From the IMG/VR virus record IMGVR_UViG_3300037424_001802, positions 1 through 42,343 of that record: a stretch of 42,343 bases of DNA, one strand, 5' to 3'. The notes under the pieces were generated by a model. The model did no database searches. It worked only from the letters and a program-made list of their open reading frames with translations, and had not been told where the DNA came from. Every line of letters starts with the position of its first letter. The stretch's first letter is position 1. The translations under genes and the position numbers were made by a program. The DNA is from a virus. Lineage: Duplodnaviria; Caudoviricetes. Below are positions 18,662 to 28,585 of this stretch, in pieces.

Positions 18662-21379
18662 ATGACTGTTTTAAATAAACAATTTAATAATATCAATGAC
18701 TTAAATAGAGATGATACCGGTTTGTCCGGTATTACTATTAGTAGTCCTCTTGAAACAAGTATAGAATTGATTTCTGGAAGTCCTGGTGAAAGTCAAGCTT
18801 TAACCCATAATAGTCTTAGAAATATTCAAGGTGGAATTACAGAAGCTAGATACCATTTGTCTTTAACTGAATATAACAGTTTAATGGATTTTTTAGAAAG
18901 CAATGGTGGAAGCATTGTTGAATTCGCTAATGTCGCTGCTTTTCCGGCAACAGGTGAAGATTTAACTATATATATCGCTCTTGATACAAATTTGGCTTAT
19001 AGATGGAGTGGGACAATTTATGTAGAGATTTCTGCGAGTTTGGCTTTAGGAGAAACGGAGGCTACAGCCTATCGTGGAGATCGTGGCAAAACAGCATATG
19101 ATCATTCACAGGCAACTCATGCTCCGTCAGATGCGGAAGTAAACGTGCAGGCTGATTGGAGTCAATCTGATAATGGTCAAGATGATTTCATTAAAAACAA
19201 ACCAATAATCCCTGGAGATTATCCTCCAAATGGTGTGGATTCTGATGTTCAGTATAGAAAAGGAGATATTTTTGCTGGGGATATCAATTTACAATATGAT
19301 GATGCTAGTGTCACTCTTAAAATAGGGACAGACATTACTATCCTTCCTGATAACCCCCTTGCTATACAAAAAACTGTAGATAGTTATTTACAAGTAAACC
19401 TTCAAAATTTGTCTGATGGGGTAGACGCTTCTTCTGATTATATAGTAACTGCTGACACGGGAGACGATACTCAAGGTTATGGAGACTTTGGAATTGGAAA
19501 TTCCGGTTATGCTAGTGAGGCTTGGGATGTAGTTGGGCCTATTGATACTTATTTATTTGGTGATGGTGGAAATATTGCAATAGGATCATTAACTCCCGGT
19601 AAAGAAGTAAAAGTATTTATAGCTCAAACTGAACATGAAGCACATCCTGAAGATGTGGTTACTGAATTTAATAGTGATGGGATTAATTTACCTGTTAATA
19701 AAACATTAAAAGCACATTACATACAATATAACTCAAATCCGACTAAACCTGCATTTGCTAATGGTCAACAATTTTATGATGCTACGAATAAAACTATTGC
19801 TACAAGAATTTCTGATGGAGTCACTTTACAGCATGGACAAGAAAGTCATGTAATATGTTATAATAATACAGGGTCTACCATATTGAATGGTAAGGTAGTA
19901 TATATTTTAGGAGCTGTTGGAAATTTTCCATCAATAGCACTTGCAAAAGCAGATCAGGTAGCCACATCTGATGGTAGAGTTTTAGGAATGGCAACTCAAG
20001 ATATTGCAGATGGGGAAACAGGGTTAGTTACAAATTTTGGGAAAGTTAATGATCTTGACACATCTTCTTGGGCATCTGGAACTATTTTATATTTATCTGA
20101 AACTACGGCTGGCGATGTAACTTCAACTCCTCCGATAAGTCCCTATTCAACAATAAAGTTAGGATACGTAATTTCACAACATGCTACTACGGGGAATATT
20201 CTTATTCATATAAGTTTTGCAGGAAATCTTGATGATATTATTGATGTAACAATAACAAATCCACAAGAAGACCAAATATTAAAATATAATGGTACTAATT
20301 GGATAAATGGAGAATCAGTTGCAGCAAATGCAGGAGCTGGTGTAAATTATTTTTATGATATGTCCGCTTCGGATATAGGCGGATATTATTCATTACAAAA
20401 GACTCCTGCTGATGAAACCGAAGATGACAACTATGTAGTATGTAATAATAATGAAGTGGCTATTGAAACTTTTGCTTCTCCACTTGCAGGATTAGGTGGT
20501 ACACAAATAGATGCGGGAGTATGGTCATTTAATATCTGGGGGTATGTTGATACTATTTCTGGTGGAGATTCTAGTGTTGATATTGATGTATATAAAAGAA
20601 CATCTGGCGGTACAGAAACCTTATTATTCAGCATTAATTCAGGAATTTTAAGTGCTTCACTTGATTTATATACTGTTGAGTCTGCGCAACAATCATATGC
20701 AATTAATTCTACGGATAGATTAATTATAAAATTATATGGTAAGACTACTGCTACTGCTAATAGGAATGTACATTTTGTCCATGCAGGAACGACACATTAT
20801 TCTTATGTAAATACTCCTTTAGTTGTTAGACATAATGATTTGATTGGGATACAAGGTGGGACAAGTGGGGATTATCAACATTTAACAACTACAGAATTAG
20901 GCTATATCCATGCACCTCATTCGGATGATCAAGTTATTCCTGATGAGTTAGCAGATTTATCTGATGATGCTACACATCGATTGGTTACTGATACAGAAAA
21001 ATCTACATGGAATAGTAAATCCGATCTAGCACTTGGTGAATTATCAAGTGATGCATATCGGGGTGACAGAGGTAAAACGGCTTATGATCACTCGCAAGCA
21101 ACTCATGCTCCAAGTAATGCAGAACAAAATGTACAGGCAGATTGGAACGAAGCTGATTCAGGGGCAGATGATTTTATTAAGAATAAACCGAGTATCCCTG
21201 CTGGTGTTACTCCCGGTGATACAGTGGCAAATGAAATCACTTTTGGTATAACGCCAGCGGCAGGAGCAGCAACAAGTTTTTCTCGTTCGGATCATACGCA
21301 TGGAACACCTGCAAATCCAGGTGGCGGGGGAGTTACAAGATCGCAAATGAATTCTATGATTATCGCATTTGGAGTGTAA
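18662..21379 (+). CDS. Large mosaic fibre/whisker-like structural protein
   Basis: Fibre-type modules: duplicated AYRGDRGKTAYDHSQ..VQADW...FIKNKP, LDDIIDVTIT..QILKYNGTNW, FSRSDHTHG. Confidence 0.7.
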   Translation: MTVLNKQFNNINDLNRDDTGLSGITISSPLETSIELISGSPGESQALTHNSLRNIQGGITEARYHLSLTEYNSLMDFLESNGGSIVEFANVAAFPATGEDLTIYIALDTNLAYRWSGTIYVEISASLALGETEATAYRGDRGKTAYDHSQATHAPSDAEVNVQADWSQSDNGQDDFIKNKPIIPGDYPPNGVDSDVQYRKGDIFAGDINLQYDDASVTLKIGTDITILPDNPLAIQKTVDSYLQVNLQNLSDGVDASSDYIVTADTGDDTQGYGDFGIGNSGYASEAWDVVGPIDTYLFGDGGNIAIGSLTPGKEVKVFIAQTEHEAHPEDVVTEFNSDGINLPVNKTLKAHYIQYNSNPTKPAFANGQQFYDATNKTIATRISDGVTLQHGQESHVICYNNTGSTILNGKVVYILGAVGNFPSIALAKADQVATSDGRVLGMATQDIADGETGLVTNFGKVNDLDTSSWASGTILYLSETTAGDVTSTPPISPYSTIKLGYVISQHATTGNILIHISFAGNLDDIIDVTITNPQEDQILKYNGTNWINGESVAANAGAGVNYFYDMSASDIGGYYSLQKTPADETEDDNYVVCNNNEVAIETFASPLAGLGGTQIDAGVWSFNIWGYVDTISGGDSSVDIDVYKRTSGGTETLLFSINSGILSASLDLYTVESAQQSYAINSTDRLIIKLYGKTTATANRNVHFVHAGTTHYSYVNTPLVVRHNDLIGIQGGTSGDYQHLTTTELGYIHAPHSDDQVIPDELADLSDDATHRLVTDTEKSTWNSKSDLALGELSSDAYRGDRGKTAYDHSQATHAPSNAEQNVQADWNEADSGADDFIKNKPSIPAGVTPGDTVANEITFGITPAAGAATSFSRSDHTHGTPANPGGGGVTRSQMNSMIIAFGV
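19040..21199 (+). repeat. Two-copy internal repeat of about 58 aa (19040-19213 and 21026-21199)
   Basis: LALGE....AYRGDRGKTAYDHSQATHAPS.AE.NVQADW...D.G.DDFIKNKP.IP in both copies. Confidence 0.9.
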
Positions 21380-21382
21380 TAA

Positions 21383-21922
21383 ATGAATGTACCTTTAAAA
21401 AATGACAAATATATTTTCAATCACACGGCTAAGACAATTACTTTTGTAGGATTGAGTGGTTTATTTTTACAAAGTATATACGCAATTTTCAATGTGACCG
21501 ATGGTATTCAAATCTATGATTTTGGTGATCCTACAAAAACAGGAACATTAACTGGAAGTATTTTAACACTTACTTATGATACTTCTTCTATGTCAGATAC
21601 AGATAGTCTTTTAATAAAATATGATGATGGTATTTTATTAGGAATAGATTTAGCGGAAAAAGTACAAGACGAAAGTGTCCCTTTATTAAGAAGAATCGTT
21701 AAACTTTTAGAAGTAAGTGCAAATGGAGATATAGCTAATAGACAAAGAATTGTTTTAGATGCAATAACAGGTGCTTTAACATTAACAACTGTAACTACCG
21801 TAGGTACTGTAAGTGCTGTTACTAATATAGCTGCTATTGCGGGTTTAGATCAAAGACAATTTGCAGATACAGCAAGAATATCTTATAATACAGGTATAAG
21901 AGATAAATTAATATTTACATAG
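21383..21922 (+). CDS. Hypothetical fibre-associated structural protein
   Basis: 179 aa between two fibre-like genes; Thr/Val-rich C-terminus. Confidence 0.6.
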   Translation: MNVPLKNDKYIFNHTAKTITFVGLSGLFLQSIYAIFNVTDGIQIYDFGDPTKTGTLTGSILTLTYDTSSMSDTDSLLIKYDDGILLGIDLAEKVQDESVPLLRRIVKLLEVSANGDIANRQRIVLDAITGALTLTTVTTVGTVSAVTNIAAIAGLDQRQFADTARISYNTGIRDKLIFT

Positions 21923-21931
21923 AGGATAATT

Positions 21932-24763
21932 ATGGCTTTAACATCAAATTTTTTAAAGAAACAAGTAGACTTACCAGTATGGGAACAACTAAGATATGCT
22001 CCGGCAGTATCTTCAGCGATAAGTGATGCCTGTAGTGCGGACAATAGTAATTTCCATATACAACATGGAAGATATATATATTATTTAATTGCCGCTGCTG
22101 GATTTTGGAGATATGATACTTGGACAGATATGTACATGCAATTATCTTCCCCGGCAATTACTCCTGCGACATGGGCAGCGATACGTTTTGCAGGTTCATT
22201 AGGAGTTGAAGGATTAGCTCTTGCAGGAGGCACAAATACAATTACGATTCCTGCTTATTATGGAAAAGTTCTCAAAAGTTTTGACATAAGAATTATTGCT
22301 GGGCTTGGGGTAGGTCAAAGAAGAGTTATTACTGATGTTGCTGAACCTGTTATTGCAGAAACTGGTGTTGCGACTGCTATTGCGAACGCCTTGGGCGGTA
22401 TTACAATTACGGATTCAACTAAGAACTGGGCATTTAACTATTGGGCAGGTTATCAAGTTAGAATTTATTCAGGCTCAGGTATTTCACAAATAAGAAGGGT
22501 ATTATATAATTCTGCAACTGTTTTAACTTTAGGTGACTCTGTAATATCCGCGAGAGAAACTTTTTGTAACCCAAATATATTTTCTCCGGCAATTGCGATT
22601 ACGGCTGGATTGCAATCTGTGTATGTGATTGAATCTTCAGTAGTAACTGTGGATAGTAATTGGGGAACTGCTCCAGATGCAACTTCAATTTTTAGAATAG
22701 AGTCAGGTTCAATATTTTTATATTCCAGTGCTGCTGCAACTCCATTTTATACTGTTCAGCAATATGATATTGCAACAGATACTTGGTATATTAGAACTGC
22801 GAATACTCTTGGTGTATCCGCAGTAGGTACAGATGGAACCTGTGAAAGAACAACAGAAAATGCCTCTGTATGGGCAAGAGGGAAAGCAACAGGTGGAACA
22901 GTAAATACTCTTATTGACACTGGGAAAAATTGGGTGGTCGATCAATGGGTTGGATATTATGTAAGAATATTTTCTGGAACTGGAGAAAATCAACTCAGGG
23001 TAGTTTCTGCAAACACCGCAAATACTTTGACTTGGGTTACGGCAGGAACAGCACCGGATACAACGTCTTATTATTTGATTGATGGTTTTGATTCTGGAAC
23101 TCCTACTTCTGCAACATCTTCTTCAATTACGGATTCAACTAAAGCATGGACTGTAAACCGTTGGACAAACTATTCTGTAAGAATAACATCCGGAACTGGA
23201 AAAGGACAAGTAATTCCTATTGTAAGTAATACGGCGACAGCACTTACATTGTTATATGCAGCTACAGTTACTCTTGATACTACTTCTCTATATTGTATTC
23301 AAGCGGATATTGATAAAAATTATTTGGCAATGGGTGGAAATTCTTCTATTTTAATTCATAATTTAGATGATGATATTGGAAGTTATGGAAGAAGGGTAGA
23401 TGGTGGTGCGGCTAGAATAGCAAGTGTGCAATATAGCGGTAGAAAACCAATAGGGATTACTTCTGCAACACACGTAACCACTACAGCAACGATTACAACA
23501 GCAATTGCACATGGTTTAAAAGTCGGTTGGTCCATTACAGTAAGAGGATTTACTGATGCAAACTATAACACTACGGCGACAATTGTAACTGTTCCTTCGG
23601 CAACAACTTTTACTTATGTTATGTCAGGAACTCCATCTGTTGATACAATTGTAGGTTCACATTCTACATCTACTTTATGTGATGCTACTAAAACATGGAC
23701 AACTAATCAATGGGCCGGATATGTTTGTTATATGACGACTTCAGCAGTAACAGCTGCTTCAGGACTTACGACTGGTCAAGCAATGCAAATTGCTTCAAAT
23801 ACAGCGACTACTTTAACATTTACAGGTGTTGCAACTGCTGCTCCGACAAATGGTGTCTCAAGATATGTTATTTGTAAAAGGGCGATTATAGGTTCAATAA
23901 GTGATGGATTGGCAACTGGAACACAATCTACTACCACTTTACAAGACACAAATAAAGCGGCTACTCTTACGGGTTCAATGACTTCCGGATTATTTGTTTT
24001 GACTGTTTCCGTAATAGCAACAAATTCTTTGGAATTAGGAATGTCTATAACAGGAACAAGTATTCCTACAGGCACGGTAATTATAAATCAATTAACTGGA
24101 ACTCCTGGTGGAGTTGGAACATATACTTTATCAAGAGCAGCTACGGCTGGCATATCCGGTGCAACGATTAACTATGCATGGGTAGTAAACTTTTTTGCTG
24201 GCAGAAGATTAAAAATGTTAGGCGCTACTGGTCAGGCACAGGAAATACCCGTCCTTAGTAATACTAGCAATACACTGACATGGCTTACCGCTGGAACTGC
24301 TCCGGTGACTCTGATGACTCCTTATGTTATAATGCATCAACAAATGAGAGGACTCGGAGTAGCAATGAACTGGGGGTTTGGAACAAGCAATTTGGCAATA
24401 AGAGGTAAATATTTCTTTATTCCAAGAGGTGGTGCTGTTCTTGGATTTGATAGATGGGATATGACCACAGATCAAATAGATTTAATGCCAATAACTCCTC
24501 AAATAGAAACATTAACAACTGGTTCTATGTATGCGTATGATGGCGGCGATAGATTGTATTTTACAAAAGAAGCTACGCTAAGAGTATATTATTTAGATTT
24601 AACTACAAATACTTTACATGGTGCAGGAATGATACCTTATTTAGCAGGTACAGCGATAATTGGGAATAGAATGGAAATATTCACTACGGAAGATGGATTA
24701 AAATATTTATGGATAAATAGACATTCTTTACAAGATTGTTATAGAGCATTATTATTTTGGTAA
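21932..24763 (+). CDS. Large Thr-rich repeat protein (propeller-like blades with inserted beta domains), putative adhesin
   Basis: Five D..K.W..N.W.G..V.I.SG.G..Q...V..N.A..LT repeats; Kelch-like FWRYDTWTD, QQYDIATDTW and DRWDMTTD. Confidence 0.65.
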   Translation: MALTSNFLKKQVDLPVWEQLRYAPAVSSAISDACSADNSNFHIQHGRYIYYLIAAAGFWRYDTWTDMYMQLSSPAITPATWAAIRFAGSLGVEGLALAGGTNTITIPAYYGKVLKSFDIRIIAGLGVGQRRVITDVAEPVIAETGVATAIANALGGITITDSTKNWAFNYWAGYQVRIYSGSGISQIRRVLYNSATVLTLGDSVISARETFCNPNIFSPAIAITAGLQSVYVIESSVVTVDSNWGTAPDATSIFRIESGSIFLYSSAAATPFYTVQQYDIATDTWYIRTANTLGVSAVGTDGTCERTTENASVWARGKATGGTVNTLIDTGKNWVVDQWVGYYVRIFSGTGENQLRVVSANTANTLTWVTAGTAPDTTSYYLIDGFDSGTPTSATSSSITDSTKAWTVNRWTNYSVRITSGTGKGQVIPIVSNTATALTLLYAATVTLDTTSLYCIQADIDKNYLAMGGNSSILIHNLDDDIGSYGRRVDGGAARIASVQYSGRKPIGITSATHVTTTATITTAIAHGLKVGWSITVRGFTDANYNTTATIVTVPSATTFTYVMSGTPSVDTIVGSHSTSTLCDATKTWTTNQWAGYVCYMTTSAVTAASGLTTGQAMQIASNTATTLTFTGVATAAPTNGVSRYVICKRAIIGSISDGLATGTQSTTTLQDTNKAATLTGSMTSGLFVLTVSVIATNSLELGMSITGTSIPTGTVIINQLTGTPGGVGTYTLSRAATAGISGATINYAWVVNFFAGRRLKMLGATGQAQEIPVLSNTSNTLTWLTAGTAPVTLMTPYVIMHQQMRGLGVAMNWGFGTSNLAIRGKYFFIPRGGAVLGFDRWDMTTDQIDLMPITPQIETLTTGSMYAYDGGDRLYFTKEATLRVYYLDLTTNTLHGAGMIPYLAGTAIIGNRMEIFTTEDGLKYLWINRHSLQDCYRALLFW

Positions 24764-24764
24764 T

Positions 24765-24800
24765 AATTTTACTTGTAAAATTTAAAGAATATTGTATCTT
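24765..24800 (+). promoter_or_regulatory. Putative promoter for the tail module, with AATTTTACTTG motif
   Basis: TTGTAA (24773-24778), 16 bp spacer, TATCTT (24795-24800), in the intergenic gap before the sheath gene. Confidence 0.55.
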
Positions 24801-24887
24801 ATTATAGAAAGGATAAAGTGTATTTATTAGAAATTAAAATTAGTTTGTTTATAGATTTTAACAAAATTATGTTGGAGGATTAAGATA

Positions 24888-26687
24888 ATGGCAAATTATG
24901 GGGCTAGTGTTCGTAGAGCGGCTGCGAGAGGCGGGTCTACGCTGACAGATATCGATATTTATAAGATATTTCTTTTATGTAAAACTGAACGGGGAATTGT
25001 AAATGCAGATGGGATACCCTTTGTTCATGATGAAATTTATTCCATGGATGATTTCTATAAAAAATGTGGTGGTTTTAATTCAAGCTATTACGGTTCTTAT
25101 ATAGCACAATCTTTTTATGATGAACTCGATAATAACATAAATTGTGAAATGAAAGTAATAAGCCCGGTAGATGCTGCGGCTGTTCAGGCCACATATGTAA
25201 TATTAGACCAAGCTGGTTCTCCGGTTAAAATATTTGATATAAAAGCTGGCAGATTAGGATTAAATGATAAATCAGCATTCGGGAATAAAATCGGAATAAA
25301 AATAACTCATACATCTGAAATAACAATGAAGTTGACTACAGATATAACTGTAGATCTTACATTCGCAATTTTAGATAGTGTTGATAACCTCGAAGTAGGG
25401 AATTACATTGAAATAGCAGATGGAACACATACAGAGGTACGAAAAATTCTCACGTTAAATAAAACTACAAAAACAGTAACTTTCGCAGTTTTAATTTATG
25501 ATTATACCGTAAGTCTTACCACTATTTCAAGACTGGATTGGAAGCTTGAGATAGCAGTTAAAGACAGTCTCGGAGATTATCAAAAGGTAGAGACATGGGA
25601 AGGAGCTCTTGCTCAATCGAACACAATAGGTTTAGCCTCTGAAATAAATGATGTTGAATCAGGTTCAGATTATGTTATATTAGCTGTAAATGCTTCGAAT
25701 ACAAGTGACGCAGAAAATCAGAGACCGGCTGAATTATCAACATGGACAGCTTTTACCAGTGGTGCAGATGGTTCCGCCGCTTCAGATAGTACATGGGATA
25801 CAATGGCTGATACCTATGTAACTTCTCAGGATTTTACATTCTTACTCGCTCCGGAAAGTTACAGTATAGCGCATAATACGAATATGCTGGAATTCGCAAC
25901 TGACGGCTACAAAGGGATGTATTACGCTCAGGCCGCAAATGGCGCAAATGAGGCAACATTAAAGAATTTTGGTGCTTCGTTAAGAGGTGGAATAAAATTC
26001 GGTATGATTCCTTCTGATAAATGGATAAAAGTAACGGATCCTACCACAAGTGGAAAGACAAAAGATATACCGATGACTGGAATTGCCGCTGCTTTCTGGT
26101 TCAATACTTACACCAGATTCGGAGAAGCAAAAGTAGCTGCCGGGAATAAGAGTGAAATGGTGTTAAAATCTTCGGGAAAACTTCTGGATTCAAATGGATT
26201 AGTTCATGATGATGCCGATGGCGTTGGCGGAAGATTGATTAAAAATTATAGTGTAAATATAAGCAGATTTACCCGCGGTAAAGGAATAACAATCAATTCC
26301 GCGAGAACATTTTCGACAGATGACGGCTATAAATATCAGAATCAGGTTATGCAATGGCTGTTGTATTCAAGATCGATTGTGGCATATTTGAGATTGATTG
26401 AACAGGATCCGTCAGGATTCAAGGCTCAGGAATCGCATCGGAATGTGGTTTATGCTTACATGAAGAAAAAGTATAATGCAGGGTATTTCTTCCAAGGAAC
26501 AAAGGAAGACGGTTCATTGACAGAATTTAAAGATGTTGTGATAATCATAAATGATTTTACAATAAATACATTGGCGAGGATCAATGAAGGGGAGGAAGAA
26601 ATTTTCTTACAGTTCACATCGGTGCCTCCTATCGAAGTCCCGATACTTTCTCTAGCTTCTGCGGCAATAACACGAGTTACATCATAG
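24888..26687 (+). CDS. Contractile tail sheath protein
   Basis: 599 aa; FTSGADG, WIKVTDP, VNISRF..GKGITINSARTFS, C-terminal PPIE. Confidence 0.88.
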   Translation: MANYGASVRRAAARGGSTLTDIDIYKIFLLCKTERGIVNADGIPFVHDEIYSMDDFYKKCGGFNSSYYGSYIAQSFYDELDNNINCEMKVISPVDAAAVQATYVILDQAGSPVKIFDIKAGRLGLNDKSAFGNKIGIKITHTSEITMKLTTDITVDLTFAILDSVDNLEVGNYIEIADGTHTEVRKILTLNKTTKTVTFAVLIYDYTVSLTTISRLDWKLEIAVKDSLGDYQKVETWEGALAQSNTIGLASEINDVESGSDYVILAVNASNTSDAENQRPAELSTWTAFTSGADGSAASDSTWDTMADTYVTSQDFTFLLAPESYSIAHNTNMLEFATDGYKGMYYAQAANGANEATLKNFGASLRGGIKFGMIPSDKWIKVTDPTTSGKTKDIPMTGIAAAFWFNTYTRFGEAKVAAGNKSEMVLKSSGKLLDSNGLVHDDADGVGGRLIKNYSVNISRFTRGKGITINSARTFSTDDGYKYQNQVMQWLLYSRSIVAYLRLIEQDPSGFKAQESHRNVVYAYMKKKYNAGYFFQGTKEDGSLTEFKDVVIIINDFTINTLARINEGEEEIFLQFTSVPPIEVPILSLASAAITRVTS

Positions 26688-26695
26688 GAGAAATT

Positions 26696-27268
26696 ATGCA
26701 AGAAATCTGGAAAGACATTCCGGAATGGGAAGGTTTTTATCAAGCAAGTAATCTTGGTGGGCTTAAAAGATTAAAAAGAATTGTACCTAATAAATTAGGA
26801 TATAATTCTTTTTTACCTGAAAAGATATTAAAACAGACTCTTGATCCTCTTGGATATTATCGAGTGCATCTTTGTGTGAATCATAAAGGTGGGAATAAAA
26901 AGGCACATAGATTAGTTGCATCAGCTTTTTTAGATAATCCTAAAAATTTGCCTCAGGTGAATCATAAAGATTTTAATAAATCTAATAATAATATTAATAA
27001 TCTTGAATGGATTAGTGATGAAGACAATAGAAAGCATTTTGTAAAAAGTGAGTATTCAGAAGTTCATAATTCTAAATCCAGAGGGGAGAATAATAAAACT
27101 TCAAAATTAAAAGAGATAGATATTTATCTTATAAGAAAATTTAGAAATGAGTATAAGTTTAAATTGCAGACTTTAGCTAACCTTTTTGGGGTTCATCTTT
27201 CGCAAATTGGAAAGATAGCTAATTTTAAAGCATGGGAACATATTAAAGAAAATAAGGAGGCTATATAA
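26696..27268 (+). CDS. NUMOD4-HNH homing endonuclease
   Basis: EIWKDIPEWEGFYQASNLG; HRLVASAFLDNP.NLPQVNHKDFNKSNN.INNLEW. Confidence 0.92.
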   Translation: MQEIWKDIPEWEGFYQASNLGGLKRLKRIVPNKLGYNSFLPEKILKQTLDPLGYYRVHLCVNHKGGNKKAHRLVASAFLDNPKNLPQVNHKDFNKSNNNINNLEWISDEDNRKHFVKSEYSEVHNSKSRGENNKTSKLKEIDIYLIRKFRNEYKFKLQTLANLFGVHLSQIGKIANFKAWEHIKENKEAI

Positions 27269-27712
27269 ATGGCTAGGGCGACTTCATGGAATCTAGAGAT
27301 AGAAATACCGGGTGCAGGTGGAGGGGTAGTTTATCCCACAACTATTGGAAATTGGAGTCAAGGCGAAGAAGGACGACTCGATGTAGCAGACGGCGATGTT
27401 CAATATAAAATAAGGGATCAAATATTTAAGATAGATGAAATCCCTGTTACTATATATGTCAGAAAAGATTACGCTGAATCCGGTTCTGAATATCAAATTA
27501 TGGAAAACTGGTGCACAAGTGGTGACGCGAGAGACGTAGTATTAAAATTCAGAGGCGCAGGCAGAGACCCAAACAGAAGTCTCGAACTCCAAGCAATTCT
27601 TTACAACTGTGAACTCGCAATGGGAAAACATAGCCCCTTCGACCGCAATAGCAAAACTCCGGACACAAAAGAATATTTTATGATTCCGGAATTTGTTGAG
27701 GAGATCTACTAA
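27269..27712 (+). CDS. Tail tube protein
   Basis: 147 aa, downstream of the sheath gene, beta-rich. Confidence 0.7.
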   Translation: MARATSWNLEIEIPGAGGGVVYPTTIGNWSQGEEGRLDVADGDVQYKIRDQIFKIDEIPVTIYVRKDYAESGSEYQIMENWCTSGDARDVVLKFRGAGRDPNRSLELQAILYNCELAMGKHSPFDRNSKTPDTKEYFMIPEFVEEIY

Positions 27713-27715
27713 TTT

Positions 27716-28585
27716 ATGGCAGATAATTTCAGACTTTACGCTGGAATAGTAAAAAATGGCAAATGGTATAATCATGCTTCCGTTCATCCCTTGACCGGCG
27801 GCGTGATGGTTATGCTGGACAGTAATGACAAAAGTGGTGCCGCACGATTGCTTAATCTTATGAAGGGTTCAATTGAAGCTTTTTATACAGAGGAAGGCGA
27901 AGAGTATAAGTTGCAACCACAAGACTATCCGGACATAAAAATTGTAGATACATGGAAAATTGGATACGAAGTCATTAAGCTCGTTACCGGTGAAACTCAT
28001 CCTATCATATTGGAGAATTTTTATTGCCCGCGTTGCAGCAGACCCAAATATGAACGATATACCGAGGTAAAAGAAAGTTGGCAAACTCTAATCGATAAAG
28101 GACTTATTCTTGAGTTTTATCTCCAGGACAAAGACGCTACCTTTAAAGTCAGCCTTCCCGATCCCATTACAATAGAAAGTGGAAGAATGACAGCAGGTGG
28201 AGAATTTAGTGAATTGGTTATGCAGCCTATCGCATTAAGTGATATGCTTAAAATTCAGAAAGACCCGAATGCCATGGCAACGGAAGCCAATATGACGTAT
28301 GCGACATGGGATAAAATGATTGTTAAAATACCGGGAATAGCTGAAAAAGATTTTAACATTTTAAAGATGTTGGATGATACTTATTTTACAAAGAAATATG
28401 TTACCTCGCAGAAAAATCATGAGGCCATAATTCAGGCTGAGAATGATAATCTGCTTGGTATTGATGCTTTTAAGAGAAGCGTAATGTGTTCAAATTGCGG
28501 AGCAGAGATTGGGGGGTATTTAGACTTCACGAATTTTTTTTTACCATTACTCCCGAAACGATCAGACCGAAGACGGACCCTGTAA
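27716..28585 (+). CDS. Tail assembly chaperone (T4 gp26-like, two CxxC motifs)
   Basis: CPRC and CSNC...DFTNFF; lies between tube and tape measure. Confidence 0.7.
   Translation: MADNFRLYAGIVKNGKWYNHASVHPLTGGVMVMLDSNDKSGAARLLNLMKGSIEAFYTEEGEEYKLQPQDYPDIKIVDTWKIGYEVIKLVTGETHPIILENFYCPRCSRPKYERYTEVKESWQTLIDKGLILEFYLQDKDATFKVSLPDPITIESGRMTAGGEFSELVMQPIALSDMLKIQKDPNAMATEANMTYATWDKMIVKIPGIAEKDFNILKMLDDTYFTKKYVTSQKNHEAIIQAENDNLLGIDAFKRSVMCSNCGAEIGGYLDFTNFFLPLLPKRSDRRRTL

Noticed and set aside
19040-21199. Diversity-generating retroelement TR/VR pair
   Set aside because: Differences between the copies are mostly synonymous and not adenine-specific, both copies are in-frame in one gene, and no reverse transcriptase is in the window.
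15758-27268. Group I introns around the NUMOD4-HNH genes
   Set aside because: The flanking genes look complete and there are only 0-8 nt on either side, leaving no room for a ribozyme core.
28486-28536. Independent GTG start for the 123-aa ORF
   Set aside because: No clear RBS and a long overlap; the -1 frameshift explains it better.
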